From: the human T2T-CHM13v2.0 reference genome, Homo sapiens
Length of the DNA stretch: 64,000 nucleotides
Reading direction: 5' to 3' (one strand)
Assembly (NCBI RefSeq): GCF_009914755.1
Contig: NC_060933.1
The position numbers and the translations under genes are program-made. The notes below the pieces were generated by a model, which ran no database searches, had not been told where the DNA came from, and saw only the letters and a list, made by a program, of their open reading frames with translations. Below are positions 26,818-46,534 of this stretch, in pieces; within the stretch, counting starts at the first letter, position 1, and each line of letters opens with the position of its first letter.

Positions 26818-29230
26818 TGATATGGTTTGGCTCCATGTCCCTACCCAAATCTCATGTTGAATTGTAATTCTCAGTGTTGGGGGAGGGACCTGGTAGGAAG
26901 TGATTGGATCATGGGTGCAGTTTTTCCCCTTGCTGTTCCATGATAGTGAGTTCTCATGAGATCTGATGGTTTAAATGTGTCTGACACGTCCCCCTTCACT
27001 CTCTCTCTCTCCTGCCGCCATGTGAAGATATTCTTACTTCCCCTTTGCCTTCCTCCATGATTGTAAGTTCCTTGAAGCCTCCCCAGGTATGACTCTGATA
27101 CAGCCTCTGGAACTGTGAGACAATTAAACCTCTTTTCTTTATACATTTGCCATTCTCAGGTAGTTTTTTATAGCAGTGTGAGAATGGACTAATACAGAAA
27201 ATTGGTACCAGAGAAGTGAGGCATTGCTATAAACATACCTGAAAATGTGGAAGCAACTTGGAACTGCATAATGGGCAGAGGTTGGAACAGTTTGAAGGGA
27301 TCAGAAGAAGACAGGGAGATGAGAGAAAGTTTGGGACTTCCTAGAGACTTGTTGAATGGTTGTGACCAAAATGCTGATAGTGATGTGAACAGTGAAGTCC
27401 CAGGCTGAGGTGGTCTCCATTGAAGATGAGGAACTTATTGGAAACTAGAGCAAAGGTCACTCTTGCTATGCTTTAACAAAGAGACTGGCAGCATTGTGCC
27501 CCCACTCTAGGGATCTGTAGAACTTTGAACTTGAGAGAAATGATTTAGGGTATCTGGTGGAAGAAATTTCTAAGCATTCAGGAAGTAACCTGGCTCCTTA
27601 TAACAGCATACACTTATATGCATGAGCAAAGAGATTATCTAAAACTGTAACTTATATTTAAAAGTGAAGCAGAGTGTAAAAGTTTGAAAATTTTGCAGCC
27701 TGACCATGTGGTTTGAAAAGAAAAACCCATTTTTTGGGGAAGAATTCAAGGTTGCAGAAATTTGCATAAGTAAAGAGAGCCGAATATTAATAGCCAAGAC
27801 AATGGGGAAAATGCCTCCAGAGACCTTTCAGACATATTTCAGAGACCTTTGTGGCAGCCCTTCCCATCACAGGCCTGGAGGCTGAGGATGGAAAAATCGT
27901 TTTGTGGGCCAGGCCTAGGACCCCATTGCTCTGTGCAGCCTTAGGACATGGTGCATTGTTCTATGGAGCCACTCCAGCTCCAGCTATGGCTAAAAGGGGC
28001 CAAGGTACAGTTTGGGCCATTGCTTCAGAGGGTGAAAGCACCAACCCTTGGCAGCTTACATGTGGTGTTGGGTCTGCAGGTATGCAGAGGACAAGAGTTG
28101 AGGTTTGAGAGCCTCTGCCTAGATTTCAGAGGATGTATGGAAATGCATGGATGTCCAGGCAGAAGTCTGCTGCAGGGGTGAAGCCCTCATGAAGAACCTT
28201 GACCAGGACAATGGGGAGGGGAAATGTGGGGTCAGAGTCCCCACACAGAGTCTCCACTGGGGCACTGCCTACTGGAGCTGTAAGAAGTGGGCCACCACTA
28301 TCCAGACACCAGAATGGTAGCTCCATCGACAGCTTGCACTGTGCACCTGAAAAATCCACAGGTACTAAATGCCAATCTGTGAAAGTAGCCACAGGGGCTG
28401 TACCCTGCAGAGCCATAGGGACAGAGCTGCCCAAAACCTCAGGAGTCCACCCCTTACATCAGTGTGGCCTGGATGTGAGACATGGAGTCAAAAAAAGATA
28501 ATTTTGGAGCTTTAAGATTTAATGACTGCCCTGCTGGGTTTTGGGCTTACATGGGCCCCTTTGTTTGAGCCAATTTCTCCCATTTGGAAAGGGGGAATTT
28601 ACCCAATGCCTGAATCCCCATTGTATCTTGGAAGTAACTAGCTTGTTTTTTTTATTCTATAGGCTCAAAAGGGAACTGAAGTGACAGAAGGAACCTGCTT
28701 TGTCTCAGATGAGACTTTGGACTTGGACTTTTGAGTTAATGCTGGAATGAGTTAAGACTTTGGGGCACTGTTGCAAAGGCTTGATTGTGTTTTGAAACGT
28801 GAAAAGGATATGTGATTATGGAAGGGTCAGGGGTGGAATGATATGGTTTGGCTCTGTGTCCCTACCCAAATCTTATGTTGAATTATAATTCCCAATGTTG
28901 GAGGAGGCACCTGGTAAGAGGTAATTGGATCGGGGGGCGAATTTCTCCCTTGCAGTTTTCATGATAGTGAGTGAGTTCTCATGAAATCTGGTTGTTTAAA
29001 AGTGTATAGCACTTCCCCGTTCTCTCTCTCTCCCTCTCTCTCTCCTGCCACCATTTGAAGATGTGCTTGCTTCCCCTTTGCCCTTCATCCACGATTGTAA
29101 GTTCCCTGAGGCCTCCCTGGCCATGCCTCCAGTACAGTCTGTGGAACTGTGAGTCAATTAAACTTATTTTCTTTATAAATTACTCAGTCTCAGGTAGTTC
29201 TTTATGGCAGTGTCAGAATGGACTAATACA
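26818..29230 (+). mobile_element. Complete MST (MSTA-like) MaLR element: LTR-internal-LTR
   Basis: 5' LTR 26818-27196, internal 27197-28838, 3' LTR 28839-29230; perfect TSD aatat at 26813-26817 and 29231-29235. Confidence 0.95.
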
Positions 29231-29699
29231 AATATACATTGGATATGAAGGTGAGTCTGCTTCAAGAAAGAAAAGCATTTTATAATGAAATTATGAGACA
29301 ATCTTGAAGGACATAATATTTGTTCTTAGATTTTATATTTTGAGTTCAACCAAACAAGCATTTGTTGACAAACTATTCTACACCAAGATATGAGTACAAC
29401 CTACAGTAATTTATTGTCACACATAAATAAATAAGATATAGCATGGCAATTTCAACAACTGAGATAGGAATGAAGTGTTGTGGGAACTTGGCAGAAGCCA
29501 GGGAAAGGGGGAGAGCAGACAACTCTTAAATGCCTGTGGAAAGACCTAGGAAGGCCTACAAGTCAGCTCAGGCTACCATAACAAAGTACCACCCTGGGCA
29601 GCTTAAATAGAAACACACAGATGATTCCCAACTTATGATGGTTCAATTTACAATTTTTCTACTTTATGATGGTGAGAAAGCAATATGCACACCATCATT

Positions 29700-30295
29700 T
29701 TAAATAGGAATAATACAGGGTAGTCACAGGAGAATAGAACATTCCAGGCAGAAGTTTCACATGACTAGCAAAAAGAAACTGTTGAAATAGCTGCAGCAGC
29801 TATAGGCTGATAAGACTCTGAAAACCCAGGGTATAGACCAAGCTAGCTAAAACCTTCTGGACCCAACATGGTGCTGGATTTGACCTAGGTTTCACCTAGG
29901 ACCTCATTATATGTTCATTAACATTCTAAATCATATACCCACCGGTGTTATGACGGTTCTGAGAATCCCCATATTTGGTGTACAAATGGGTGGCACCACA
30001 GTTCCAAGAAATCTCCACCTTTTTCCAGGAATCTTCATGGATATTCCACCCCTTGGTTACAGAAATTCATAAAGGCAGCAGTCCCAAACTCCCTTTTGCG
30101 TGACTCTCTTGAGTACACGTGCACTCCCTTTTCTTGAGTGTGTACTTTTCCCTTTACCATAAATCTCTACTTTCACTATTTTCTAACCCAGCCTTGAAGT
30201 CATTCTCCAAACAATGTTAAGAGCCTGGACATCAGCTGGGGTTCCTCATCTGGTCCCACCAGTGTTTGGGGACCTCCCCCAGCCCACTGGTATCA
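29700..30295 (+). mobile_element. ERV1-class solo LTR (MER41/MER50-related) with three GAS motifs
   Basis: ataggaataatacaggg...cataaatctctactttcact...ccactggtatca; subfamily uncertain. Confidence 0.75.
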
Positions 30296-30476
30296 AATTC
30301 AGTAGAAATTGTACTTTGAGTACCCCTACAATCATTCTGTTTTTCACTTTCAATACAGTATTCAATAAATTACATGAGATATTCAACTATTACAAAACAA
30401 GCTTTGTGTTAGATAACTTTGCCCAATTGTAAGCTAATGGAAGTGTTCCGAGCATGTTTAAGGTAGGCTAGGCTAA

Positions 30477-30819
<343 letters not shown>

Positions 30820-31708
30820 TAACTTATGGTCTTTTCAACTTGTAATGGGTTTTTCAGGACATAACGCATCAGAAGTTGGGGGACATCTGTATTCTTTCAT
30901 AGTTCTGGAGGCTGGAAATCTGAAATCAAGGTTGTCAGGAGGATTAGTTTCTCCTGAAGCCTTGCTCCCTGGCTTGTAGACAGTTGTCTTCTCCCTGTGT
31001 CCTCACATGGTCATGCCTATGTTTCTGTGTCCTAATCTCCTCTTCTTACAAGGACACTAGTCGGATTGGATTAGGGTCCACTCATATGACCTCATTTCAA
31101 CTTAATCGCCTCTTAAAAGACCCTGTCTCCAAATACAGTCATATTCTGATGTACTAGGGTTAGGGCTCCAACAGATGAATTTTGGGGAGGCACAGTTCAG
31201 TTCATAACAGAAGGGTACCTAGGGAAGATGACATTAAAACAAAGCATTGATGATGTTCACCATGTGCACATACCCAGACTGAGAGGGAACCCAAGTCCTG
31301 GCTGGGTCCTCAGCTTTGCAGAGTCAGAAATTCAATTTTGTAAATGCTCGGTCTCCCAGGAGAGTCTTGTGTGACTAAACTCACAGAGGCTGTGAGCTCA
31401 CTGTACGCAGAAGCCCAGTTTGATCTTCTGTGATGAGAAATAGATTCCAAATAGGCAGAAATACTCGTGTTGGCTGGTGTGCCAATTTTCTCCCTGGAAG
31501 AAAGTGTCACGAGACACAATATTTCTCTTGGGGGAACGTCAAAAAAGAGATAATTTGAGCAGTGTTTTTCAAACTGCAGATCACAACCATTAATCGATCC
31601 AACTAAACAGAATTGATTTAGTAGGTTAACAACTACCTTTGCTAGTGGAATCTAATAGGATAGAATGAGACGTAGTGTAAAAAATATGGTCTCATCAAAC
31701 ATGCATCA

Positions 31709-32307
<599 letters not shown>

Positions 32308-32458
32308 CTAGATCTTTCCACCCTGATGCACTTGTCTCACTACAGGATTGGGTGTGTTCAATTGACCAGATATTTTGCCTTACTAAAATATCGCATGAGT
32401 AGAACTCTTAGTTGTAAAGGAAACACGCAAAAATAGTGTAAGGGAAAGGACCAAGTTA

Positions 32459-32680
<222 letters not shown>

Positions 32681-33593
32681 CTATTGAGCCTCCTAACAAC
32701 CCTATAAAGGAGTTCCTATTTGGCTGGAAAGGAAAATACGGCACAAAGGAAGTAACACCTGCAGAAGGCCAAGAAGATTGTTCACATTACAGCTGACTTT
32801 CCCTTGACTCCAAGTCTGAATTCTCTCCATTGCACCCCAACGCCCTCCACTGTTAAACTAGATTCTGCCAGCTTGGCCAATCTCAAATCACCGTCACTTG
32901 AGTATGTATGATGTTTAATCTGGGAATGTTGTTGGGATTTAAAGCATTGGACAAATAGCAGGTTTATATTTGCTCAGAGCAGTGTGGGCTGCAAACCTGA
33001 GAAAACAAACACAGGAGGAAAGCCCACTGTCTGTGGGGGGCCTCTGGAGTTGACCTGGACATTCAGCTGTAACCAGAACTCTTCACTTAGCTCCTCCAAC
33101 AAGGCAGAGTTCGTGGGGTGCCTATGGGTTCCCCAGAAATTGCCATGGATCTAACCTGATGGTTTCAAAACCTGTTAATGTCTTAGAACAGGTAGGTAGC
33201 TTCAGGTGCCACTTTCTCATTGTGCAGGTGTAGAAAGTGATCTCAGAAGGGCAGGGGCTTTCTCCAGATGTCCTCAGGACACTGTCCAGGAAAAAGTGCT
33301 CCACCAGGAGAGGCAGTAAGTGCTGGAGCGGGACAGGGACCCAAAGAGAGAAGTGTGGAGGGGGCAGAGGTGGTGCGCACCAGCCTGCAGTCCAGGTGTT
33401 GCCAGTGGGATGTCAGCCTGGTAAAGGAAGGAATGTGGATGGCCAAGGGCACGGCCCAACCTCCCTGAGCATCAGACAAGGCAGCTGTTTTGCAGGCCTC
33501 AATGCCCTAGAACCCCAAATGTTTCTGTGTGCTCGTGATCTCTCCTCAGTCTGTGCAGGATTACAACGCAAGGTACTGAGAAGTCAAGGTTGG

Positions 33594-33964
<371 letters not shown>

Positions 33965-35119
33965 TGAAAGCATGCTTGCCTGCTGGATTGTACAGACCAA
34001 GCCCCTCAGCATGCACAAATGGTTATCTTCAGTCACTTATACTTCCTAAGTTACCAGAATAACCTTGCACTCTCTCTCCCTTTGGCAACACAAACCTCAT
34101 AGATTGGAAAATAGTCTTTTCTGCTGTCTTAATGCTTGCTTGCTTTCTATTCAAAAACTACTGCATGACTATACAGCATTTGAAACTCACTGTCTGATTG
34201 GAATTTGGGAAACATTGGCTTTCTTAATGCTGATTCTGCATTTCCTGCTGAAATTGAGCTCTCAGCTTTGAGCAGTCCCACTGAAACCAGGGGCAGCCAG
34301 CCGGATTCTCTGCAAGTCAGGAAATGAGAGCCAGACTCCCTTGCTTGTCTCTATGGACACTGGAGTCGGTTTCCCTTCCTGGGCAGATGAAAGGGTGAGG
34401 TCATTGCACATGATTGAGTGGTGGAGAAACTCAGCCTTCTAGAAACTAAGACCAAGCAATCATCTCACAAGAAAACATTTTGGAAGCTAGGTTTTCATCA
34501 ACAACATTAAATAAATCACTGGTTTTTAAAGACCGGTAAACCCCAATGGCAGTCTGTCTGGATTTGTTCTAAAACTTAAAGCATGAGTTTTGCTTGTAAA
34601 TGAGAGTTCCCTGAAATGCCAGCAAAAAAAAAAAAAAAAAAAAGCAAACCCAATCCTTTGGGTAATAGGAACCACAACAAGGAAAAATAGGAACCGCAAC
34701 AAGGAAAAACATTTTTTTAAATAAATAAAACATTTCATGTTTATCCTCAGCAATTTCGTGTTTAAAAGAAACAAACTCTACAACTGCTCAGCATTCTTCA
34801 CAAGGAAGGTGTGCCTTCAGCCTCCCGGAAAAGTCTCTCGGCTGGTATGACCTGGCCTGTTGCCGGGAAAAAGTGAGATTTGGCAGACACGGGCGTCGGG
34901 ACAGCCTGCATGGTTACTGGACTGCAAGGTCTGGCCCCGTCAAAGCAGACAGCTCTATTATCCCCACAGCCTGCAGAACTGGGGTCAGGCGTGTCCTGAT
35001 GCTGGATCTCTGCCCTCCTTCTCCCGGTTCTCACCCTGTAGGTGTCGGATTTGACCATTTGCACAACAACCCTCACGTTGTCATTCCCAGATCCTCATTG
35101 GTGCATTGTTCTTTTTGTT

Positions 35120-35555
35120 TATAGTAAACTTTATTTTTTTAGAGCAGTTTCAGGTTCACAGCAAAAAGGAGCAGAAAATACAGAGCATTCCCATATCTCC
35201 CCTGCCCTATAGACACACAGCCTCTCCCATTGTCAACATCCCCCACAGAGTGGTCCATCTGTTACCATTGATGAACCTACACTGACACATCATCACCCAA
35301 ATCCGTGGTTGACACCGGGGTTCACTCTTGGCATTGTACATTCTGTGGGCTTGGACAAATGTATAATGATGTGTCCACCACTGCGGTATCCCACAGACTA
35401 GCTTCACTGTCTTAAAAATCCTCTATGCTTGACTGATTCATCTCTAATCTTTTTTTTTACTGTCTCCATAGTTTTGCCTTTTCCAGAATGTTAGAGGGTT
35501 GGAACCATATAGCCTTTCCAAATTAGCTTCTTTCACTTAGTAAATAGGTATGTTC
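35120..35555 (-). mobile_element. L1 (L1MA/MB) 3' UTR fragment
   Basis: tttagagcagtttcaggttcacagcaaaa...ttgatgaacctacactgacacatcatcacccaaa. Confidence 0.85.
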
Positions 35556-35592
35556 CTTTTGGAGACCGTATCTCTGGCTCCTGGTTAAAGAG

Positions 35593-36089
<497 letters not shown>

Positions 36090-36894
36090 AAGAGTAAGGT
36101 TTTAAAGCAAGTGCCCAACATGTGAGTGGGTCCTTTGTCTTCTTCAGATTCCATAAAGCTAGGACATGTAAACAAAAGTGTTTATTATGTTTTTTTTATT
36201 ATTTGTTTCCAAAATGCTTCCACAGTTGCCAACAACCTCAGTGCTCAAGCACTTTCTCAAACAACACAGCTCAAAAAAAAAGAGGGACAAAGTCAGGAGC
36301 TCTGCTGATTACTTTCCTAATTTTATCAAAACAAAAAAATGCAGTCTACTCAGAGGGATTGGGCTGTGAAGCACGAAGCCCCCTCAGTACCCATGAGCTG
36401 ACAATGAATAACATTTATCGGTAAAAAGAAAACAGGCCCCTCTTTTGACGACATCTTGAATTGTCTTATTGATGACGAGGCAGGCTTATGTATTTCCAGG
36501 TAGCATGATACTAATGTAGAGAGCGCTGCAGCCGATTGGTTAGCCGGTTTCCTGCTCACAGAGTGAAATATGCCAGACTCCAGGAAATCAAGGCAGGCTG
36601 CAGCACGGGTGCAAGTCCCCGTGCTGAGGAGCACACGTTTGCTCTGGCTTGCACCTTATTATTGTCAACTAAATGATGGGCACCATAGCTGTCACTCCCC
36701 CTTGCTTTCTCCCAAATGCTGGTGCTTTAGAATTCATGCAACAGTGCAGAACACTGAGGGAAAATGCTCCGTCTCACATGCTGGCCAGACCCGTTAGGCA
36801 GAGAGAGTTTGGGGCGAGGGCTGCAGAGAGGACGAGGGAATGGCCCCAGGTGGCACGGTGCCTCACCAGCACACATGGATGCAAAGGGCATTGG

Positions 36895-37262
36895 TGTCTA
36901 GAGCAGCTGCAACGTGGGCCCACAGGCTGGGTGGCTGAAACAACAGACATTTACTTTCTCACAGTTCTGGAGGCTGCAGGTCTGAGAGCCAGGTGTCGGC
37001 AAGGATATTTTTCCTGAGACCTCTCCCCTTGGCTTGCAGGCGGTGTCTTCTCCCTGTGTCCGCACGTGGCTGTCCCTCTGTCTGTGTCCTCATCTCCTCT
37101 TCTTGTAGGACACCTGTCATGTTAGTTAGGACCCACCAGTATGATCTCACTGTAAGTTGATTACCTCTGTAAAAACCCTGTCTCCACATACATCCACTGA
37201 GGTCCTGGGGATTAGGGCCTCAACATAGGAATTTTTAGGGGCACGCAATTCAGCCATCGCAC
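36895..37262 (-). mobile_element. MLT1A-like LTR
   Basis: aacaacagacatttactttctcacagttctggaggctg...caattcagcc. Confidence 0.8.
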
Positions 37263-37419
37263 AAGGTAATTTAAATTCTCCCCAGAAAGTGAGAGTGAGT
37301 GCTGAGGGACATGCAGCAGTGTTACCAACAACATGCAGTACTTCTGCAACTGCGCTTTTTATAAAATGTATCCTTTATTTATTCTATAGTGTTAACCTTC
37401 CTCCCATTTACATTTCTAA

Positions 37420-37802
<383 letters not shown>

Positions 37803-38268
37803 TCCATCACTTTATATTTTATTTCTCTCATATACCAATAACATTGTGTGGTTCTTTTACAAAGCTGAATGATCAAATTACTTGTTTGTTTGATTTGCTA
37901 TTTAGTGGTTTGGAATACAGATAGATCTAAGTCAGTAAGAGTTAAAGGGTAACAGTCTCCAAATTCTTTGAGCCTTTAAATCCCAGCTGCACCTCCCTTA
38001 GCTGTGTGGCCTAGGGCTCATAACTAATGTCTCTGAGCTTAATCTGTAATACAGGACACGTAAGGGTACTCACCTCACAGCATTATTGTAAAAATTAAGT
38101 GAAATAATAAATATAAAATTGTTGATCTTAGAGTGCATTTGTGATTATTATATGCTATTGTTATACCCATATGTTGTATTACGAAGAATACATATTGTCA
38201 AATTGCTTTGCAGAGTGGTTTTGCAAAGTTGCCAACAACAACGTGTTTTTATCAAGTTTACCACATCA

Positions 38269-38580
<312 letters not shown>

Positions 38581-38633
38581 AGAATATTATTCTTTATGTT
38601 ATGTCTCAAAAAGAAAAAGAATATTATTCTTTA

Positions 38634-39066
38634 TGTTACCAAAACATCAGAGGTTCAGCCTAGGTCCTGCTGCTCTCAGCACAGAAAGCCAATGACTGAG
38701 ATGATGAGTATTACCAAGAAAAAAGCTTGAACCAGGTGCTGCTGCCAAGGCAATGGGAGTTCAGTCTCAGATCCATCTCCCTGACCAACTCATATTAGGG
38801 GTTTATATAGCAGGGGAAAAGGTAACAATGTCTGAGAAAACAGGAACTTGGGAGGGGTAAGGAAATAATCATGATAAATAAGACAGTCTCATTGTCTGGA
38901 TGTGGCGATCTGGTGAGTTTCAGTTCTTTGATACTTTTAGAGAGGCCTGGGGGTCTTTTCCTGAGGAAGGAACTCAGATAAAACAAAGTAAGTTTCAAGC
39001 TTTAAGACCAGGGTCGGTTTCTATGTTTATCCAAAGACTGTCTATGGGACAATTGGATTGGTTTCA
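38634..39066 (-). mobile_element. ERV1 solo LTR (LTR26-like)
   Basis: tgttacc...ggattggtttca; 4-bp TSD ttta; same family as 44951-45396. Confidence 0.8.
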
Positions 39067-39087
39067 TTTACAAAATGAGCTAACTGA

Positions 39088-39639
<552 letters not shown>

Positions 39640-39987
39640 TAAATCATGTGAGAATCTCTAATTTCATCCTTCTATGAAACAGAATGAATGCTTCTGTGTT
39701 TTATCCCTCTATTACATGAGAAAGCACACGGAGAACTGGGAGCTGACAGCCCTAACTAGAGTGAAGGAGTCCTGGGAATTGCCCTTTGGAATCACAGAAC
39801 ATCAGAGCTAGAGGGGGGACCTAATCCACAGGAACAGTCCCACTCTTAGGGGAGATTATCAAAGTGGGGGCGCATCCCCAGGATGTATGGCCAGGTCCAC
39901 GTCACAGTGCTACCTCTAAGTAAGACTTTCCCAGCCACAGTGGAACTGCATCCAGCACACACTTCACCTATGAAAATGGGACTATAA

Positions 39988-40522
<535 letters not shown>

Positions 40523-41390
40523 ATATGACACATGAGTTGAAGATAAAATGAAAACAATGGATAGAGGAATGCCTTTCCTTATTATTCCTTACTTTTGTGC
40601 TGCAGGGAGCCTGTCTTGGTGATGGAAACCTGATACAGGGGTTTGCAGTAGTAATTTTTTCCACATATTTCCTAATTGCAAGTTCACTGTCAACACAGAT
40701 CTGTAAGATGCAACTCTGCTGCATATTCACCTGTCTATTCTTCAAGATGAAATTGGAATTATTTTGTCAATTTCTTTTTAAAAAGTCTCCCAGTGACCCT
40801 CTACAGACATCATGATTGAAAACATGGCTCCATAGTGGGGTTCTGCGGCCATGGGCAGGTTTCTAAACCTCGGTTTTTCATCTACAGATTGGGAACACCA
40901 AGGGTGCCCACCTCGTGGACAATCCACCATTAAGACCTGCTACAATTACTTAGATACTAACTTCCAGTAGGGCTTCCCTGGCCCCATGGTCCCCAGGGGC
41001 TCTAAGACCCTTTGTCCCAAAGCAGCCCAATACACTTTACTTCCACCAAAACTGGACAACCAGGGGTCCAATTCCATCAGCCCCGGCATTCCTGGAAAAC
41101 AACCTTACAGACCAACTCAGGCTCCTGCTGCAGCCCCATGCTCTGTGCCCTCCCTGACTCTTGGGGCAGCTGTAAAGCTGGGATCTGCAGCTGCACCCTG
41201 GCCTCTCAGGAGCCACCATGTAGCAGGGCTAACACTGCCCACAGCAGCGGCACCTCAAGATCAAGCCAAGAAATACTGTCATTTAGAAGTGCTTTTGCTT
41301 TGAGCCACTATGGTGAAGCCCACAGGTGGCTCATTTCTTTTCCCTGATGTCCAGGCCCTCAGTTGGGAGGACTTTAAAAAAACAAAAAGA

Positions 41391-41699
41391 GGCCGGGCAC
41401 AGTGGCTCACGCCTGTAATCCCAGCACTTTGGGAGGCCGAGGCAGGTGGATCACGAGGTCAGGAGATTGAGACCATCCTGGCTAACATGGTGAAACCCCG
41501 TCTCTACTAACAATACAAAAAATTAGCCAGGTGTGGTGGCGGGTACCTGTAGTCCCAGCTATTCAGGAGGCTGAGGCAGGAGAATGGCGTGAACCCGGGA
41601 GGCGGAGCTTGCAGTGAGCCGAGATCAGGCCAGGCCACTGCACCCCAGCCTGGGCGACAGAACGAAACTCCATCTCAAAAAAAAAAAAAAAAAAAAAAC
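41391..41699 (+). mobile_element. AluY
   Basis: agaatggcgtgaacccgggaggcggagcttg; poly-A. Confidence 0.95.
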
Positions 41700-41883
41700 A
41701 GAGGCAGGATTGAAGGCTTCTCCACTCACAGGCCTGCTGCTCAAAGGCTGGGCTCTGGTGGGACTGTCAGCTACAGCACCAACAGGTGGCTTCTCACAGT
41801 GGGCAGCTGAATCTCAAGAAAGAGTGAGTGCACTGAGAAAACCAGGAGAAAACTGCATGGGGTATTTCTGGCCTTGCCTCTGA

Positions 41884-42357
<474 letters not shown>

Positions 42358-42814
42358 GTTTTTAAATATCATCTGCCAACAGTGGTAATTTAGTCTCTTC
42401 CTGACCAAGTTTCACATCTTCCATTTTACTTCCTGTTTAACTGCATTTGCTTCCAGGACGATATTAAATAAAGAAGTGATGTGGAGTTTACATTCTTGTT
42501 CTTGACTTTTCTTGTTTCTAGAGTCTTAGCATTAAGCAGGACACTGGTTTCTGACCAGAGATATCAGTAGTGAGAGACTGAAAATGCAAATAGACAATGG
42601 GCAGATTATGTATAAAAAAAGATCTTTCTCACAACCTGCAGCCTAGTTCAGGAGGCCAACCTGCTGTCTACAGCAACCAGCCCAGGAAGCCAGCCTGCTG
42701 TAAGTCAGACTTGAAGGAAGTCAGGCCACTATCCAACAAGCTGTCCAGGAAGCCAAACAAGAACCCCTGTAATAGCAAGCCCCAAATTGCCAGGACGTGT
42801 TTAACAGCTGACAG

Positions 42815-43825
<1,011 letters not shown>

Positions 43826-44326
43826 ACCGTCACCTCTCCTAATTTTTGCCCCTGCTTTCAACTTAAGACCAACCAGAGAAAGACAAACCTTAATCAATTT
43901 CATAGGTCGCCCCCTTCTAATCGATCACCCCAGCGTCCCCAGGCTAGCAGCCTTCCTCAGGGCCCACCCAGGCCTTTCCTTTTCCCACCATGAAGCTTCC
44001 CCACTCCTCAGCCAGCCAAGGAGGCCCTGGAAACACCAGCGATGGTGCTGACTCTCCAACTGCAGCAAGCTGTAATAAACAACCTTTGCTTGTACTCATT
44101 TGGGTGATTTAATTTATTTCCACAATAAGTAAACATTTCATCATGCTAAGGAAATATCTATACGCTATTTGGATTTTGTTGATTTTAAAAATCAGGACAA
44201 TATTAAAGAGGTAATGTTGAGGTTATGAATTATAACTTTTACTACATGTCTTTTTCAGCAACTGTGATGGCGACTATACACATTTTCCCTTTGCTTGCTA
44301 ATATGGTGAAAGGTAAAAGAGAGACA

Positions 44327-44636
44327 TTGTTGTTGTTGTTTTTTTTATTATTTTGAGACAGGGTCTTGATTTGTCACCCAGGCTGCAGTGCAGTGGTGCC
44401 ATCTTGGCTCACTGCAACCTCCTCTTCCTGGGCTCAAGCGATTCTCCCACCTCAGCATCCTGAGTAGCTGGGAGTACAGAAATGCGCCACCACACCCTCC
44501 TAGTTTTTGTATCTTTTATAGAGATAGGATTTTTGCCATGTTGCCCAGGATGGCAACATGAGTAGTGCTCAAGCGATCCATCTGCCTCGGCCTCCCAAAG
44601 CTCTGAGATTACAGGTGTAAGTCACCACACCCAGGA
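44327..44636 (-). mobile_element. AluJ-like
   Basis: Diverged full Alu. Confidence 0.9.
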
Positions 44637-44950
44637 TGTTTATTTTAAAAGAATTTTTTTTTTTGTCTTTCAACCTAGGTATCATGTTACACATTATTTT
44701 TGTTTGTTTTATGAATTATATTCATTTTGGCTGATGTTTTCTGACAGCTTATTGAAAGTATATCAGAAAACTACTGATTTTTAAAAATATGTATGACTGA
44801 TTGAACTCTCATTTTAAGTGATTTGCTATTGATTTTTGTTTCCAATTTTAGGTAGATCACCCTATGATCTTCAGATTATTATAATTTTGTTTTTACTTTC
44901 CATCTTACTTCTGTTTCAGAACATATTAAAGTGGTCATGGTTAAAGACCC

Positions 44951-45396
44951 TGAAACCAACCCAATAATCCCTTAGACAGTTTTTTTTTTAATAAACATAG
45001 AAATTGGCCCTCTGGTCTTTAAGCTTGAAACTTACATTTGTTTTATCTGAGTTCCTTCCTCAGGAAAGGACCCCAGGCCTCTCAAAAAATATCAAAGGAC
45101 TGAAACTCACCAGATCATCTGATCCAGATAATGAGATGCCAGACCTCTCATTCATCATGATGGCTTCCTTGCCCCTCCCTAGTTCCCATTCTCCCACACA
45201 TAGTTACATTTCTTCCCTGCTATATAAATTCCTAATTTTAGTTGGTCAGGGAGATGGATTTGAGACTGAGCTCCTGTCTCCTTGGCTGCAGGACCTGATT
45301 AAAGCCTTCTTCCCTGCACTACTCATGTCTCAGTGATTGGTTTTCTGTGCAGCAAGTAGCAGGACCTAGACCAAACTCTCTGGTGTTTTGGTAACA
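44951..45396 (+). mobile_element. ERV1 solo LTR (LTR26-like)
   Basis: tgaaaccaacccaat...ttttggtaaca; homologous to 38634-39066 in opposite orientation. Confidence 0.8.
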
Positions 45397-45464
45397 GTCC
45401 CTGTGTTGTCCCTGATTATAAGAGGCATACATTGACTGTTTCATCATTAGGAATGGTGATGGTG

Positions 45465-45862
45465 TGTTGCAGTGACCAGGGTTGCCTGGACAAAGAGCTG
45501 ACTGGGAATGGAGGATCCTCTTCTCCTAGCTTGGCTTCCCGCGGACTGCAGACCCCTTGCCTTTTTTCCCCGGGAAGAAGGGTTACCTTCCACTTCTGGG
45601 AGCTTCCAGCAATCCTTGGTGTCCCTTAGCTTATGGCAACCTAACTTCATGCCCTGCCTTCACCTTCATGTGGCAGTCTCTGCTCTGTGTGTCTGTGTCC
45701 AAGTTTCCCTCCTATAAGGACGGCAGTCATTGGGTTAGGGACTACCCTAGTCCAAGAGGACCTCATCGTACCTTGATTACATCTGCAAAGACCCTGTTTC
45801 CAAATAAAGTCATATTCACAGGTTGAGTGGGTGTGAATTTGGGGGAAAACTTTTCAACCCAA
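45465..45862 (-). mobile_element. MLT1-family LTR fragment
   Basis: ttacatctgcaaagaccctgtttccaaataaagtcatattcacagg. Confidence 0.75.
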
Positions 45863-45895
45863 TAAATACACACATTCACCAAAAAAAAAAACAAA

Positions 45896-46508
<613 letters not shown>

Positions 46509-46534
46509 AATGAAGAAATATTCAAAACCCAACA

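Noticed and set aside
27851-28501. ORFs in the MST internal region
   Set aside because: Fragmented remnants of the MaLR internal ORF, with stops and frameshifts.
36520-36630. tRNA-like A-box/T-arm resemblance (gattggttag...gggtgcaagtcccc)
   Set aside because: B-box lacks TTC, spacing is too long, and I cannot build a cloverleaf.
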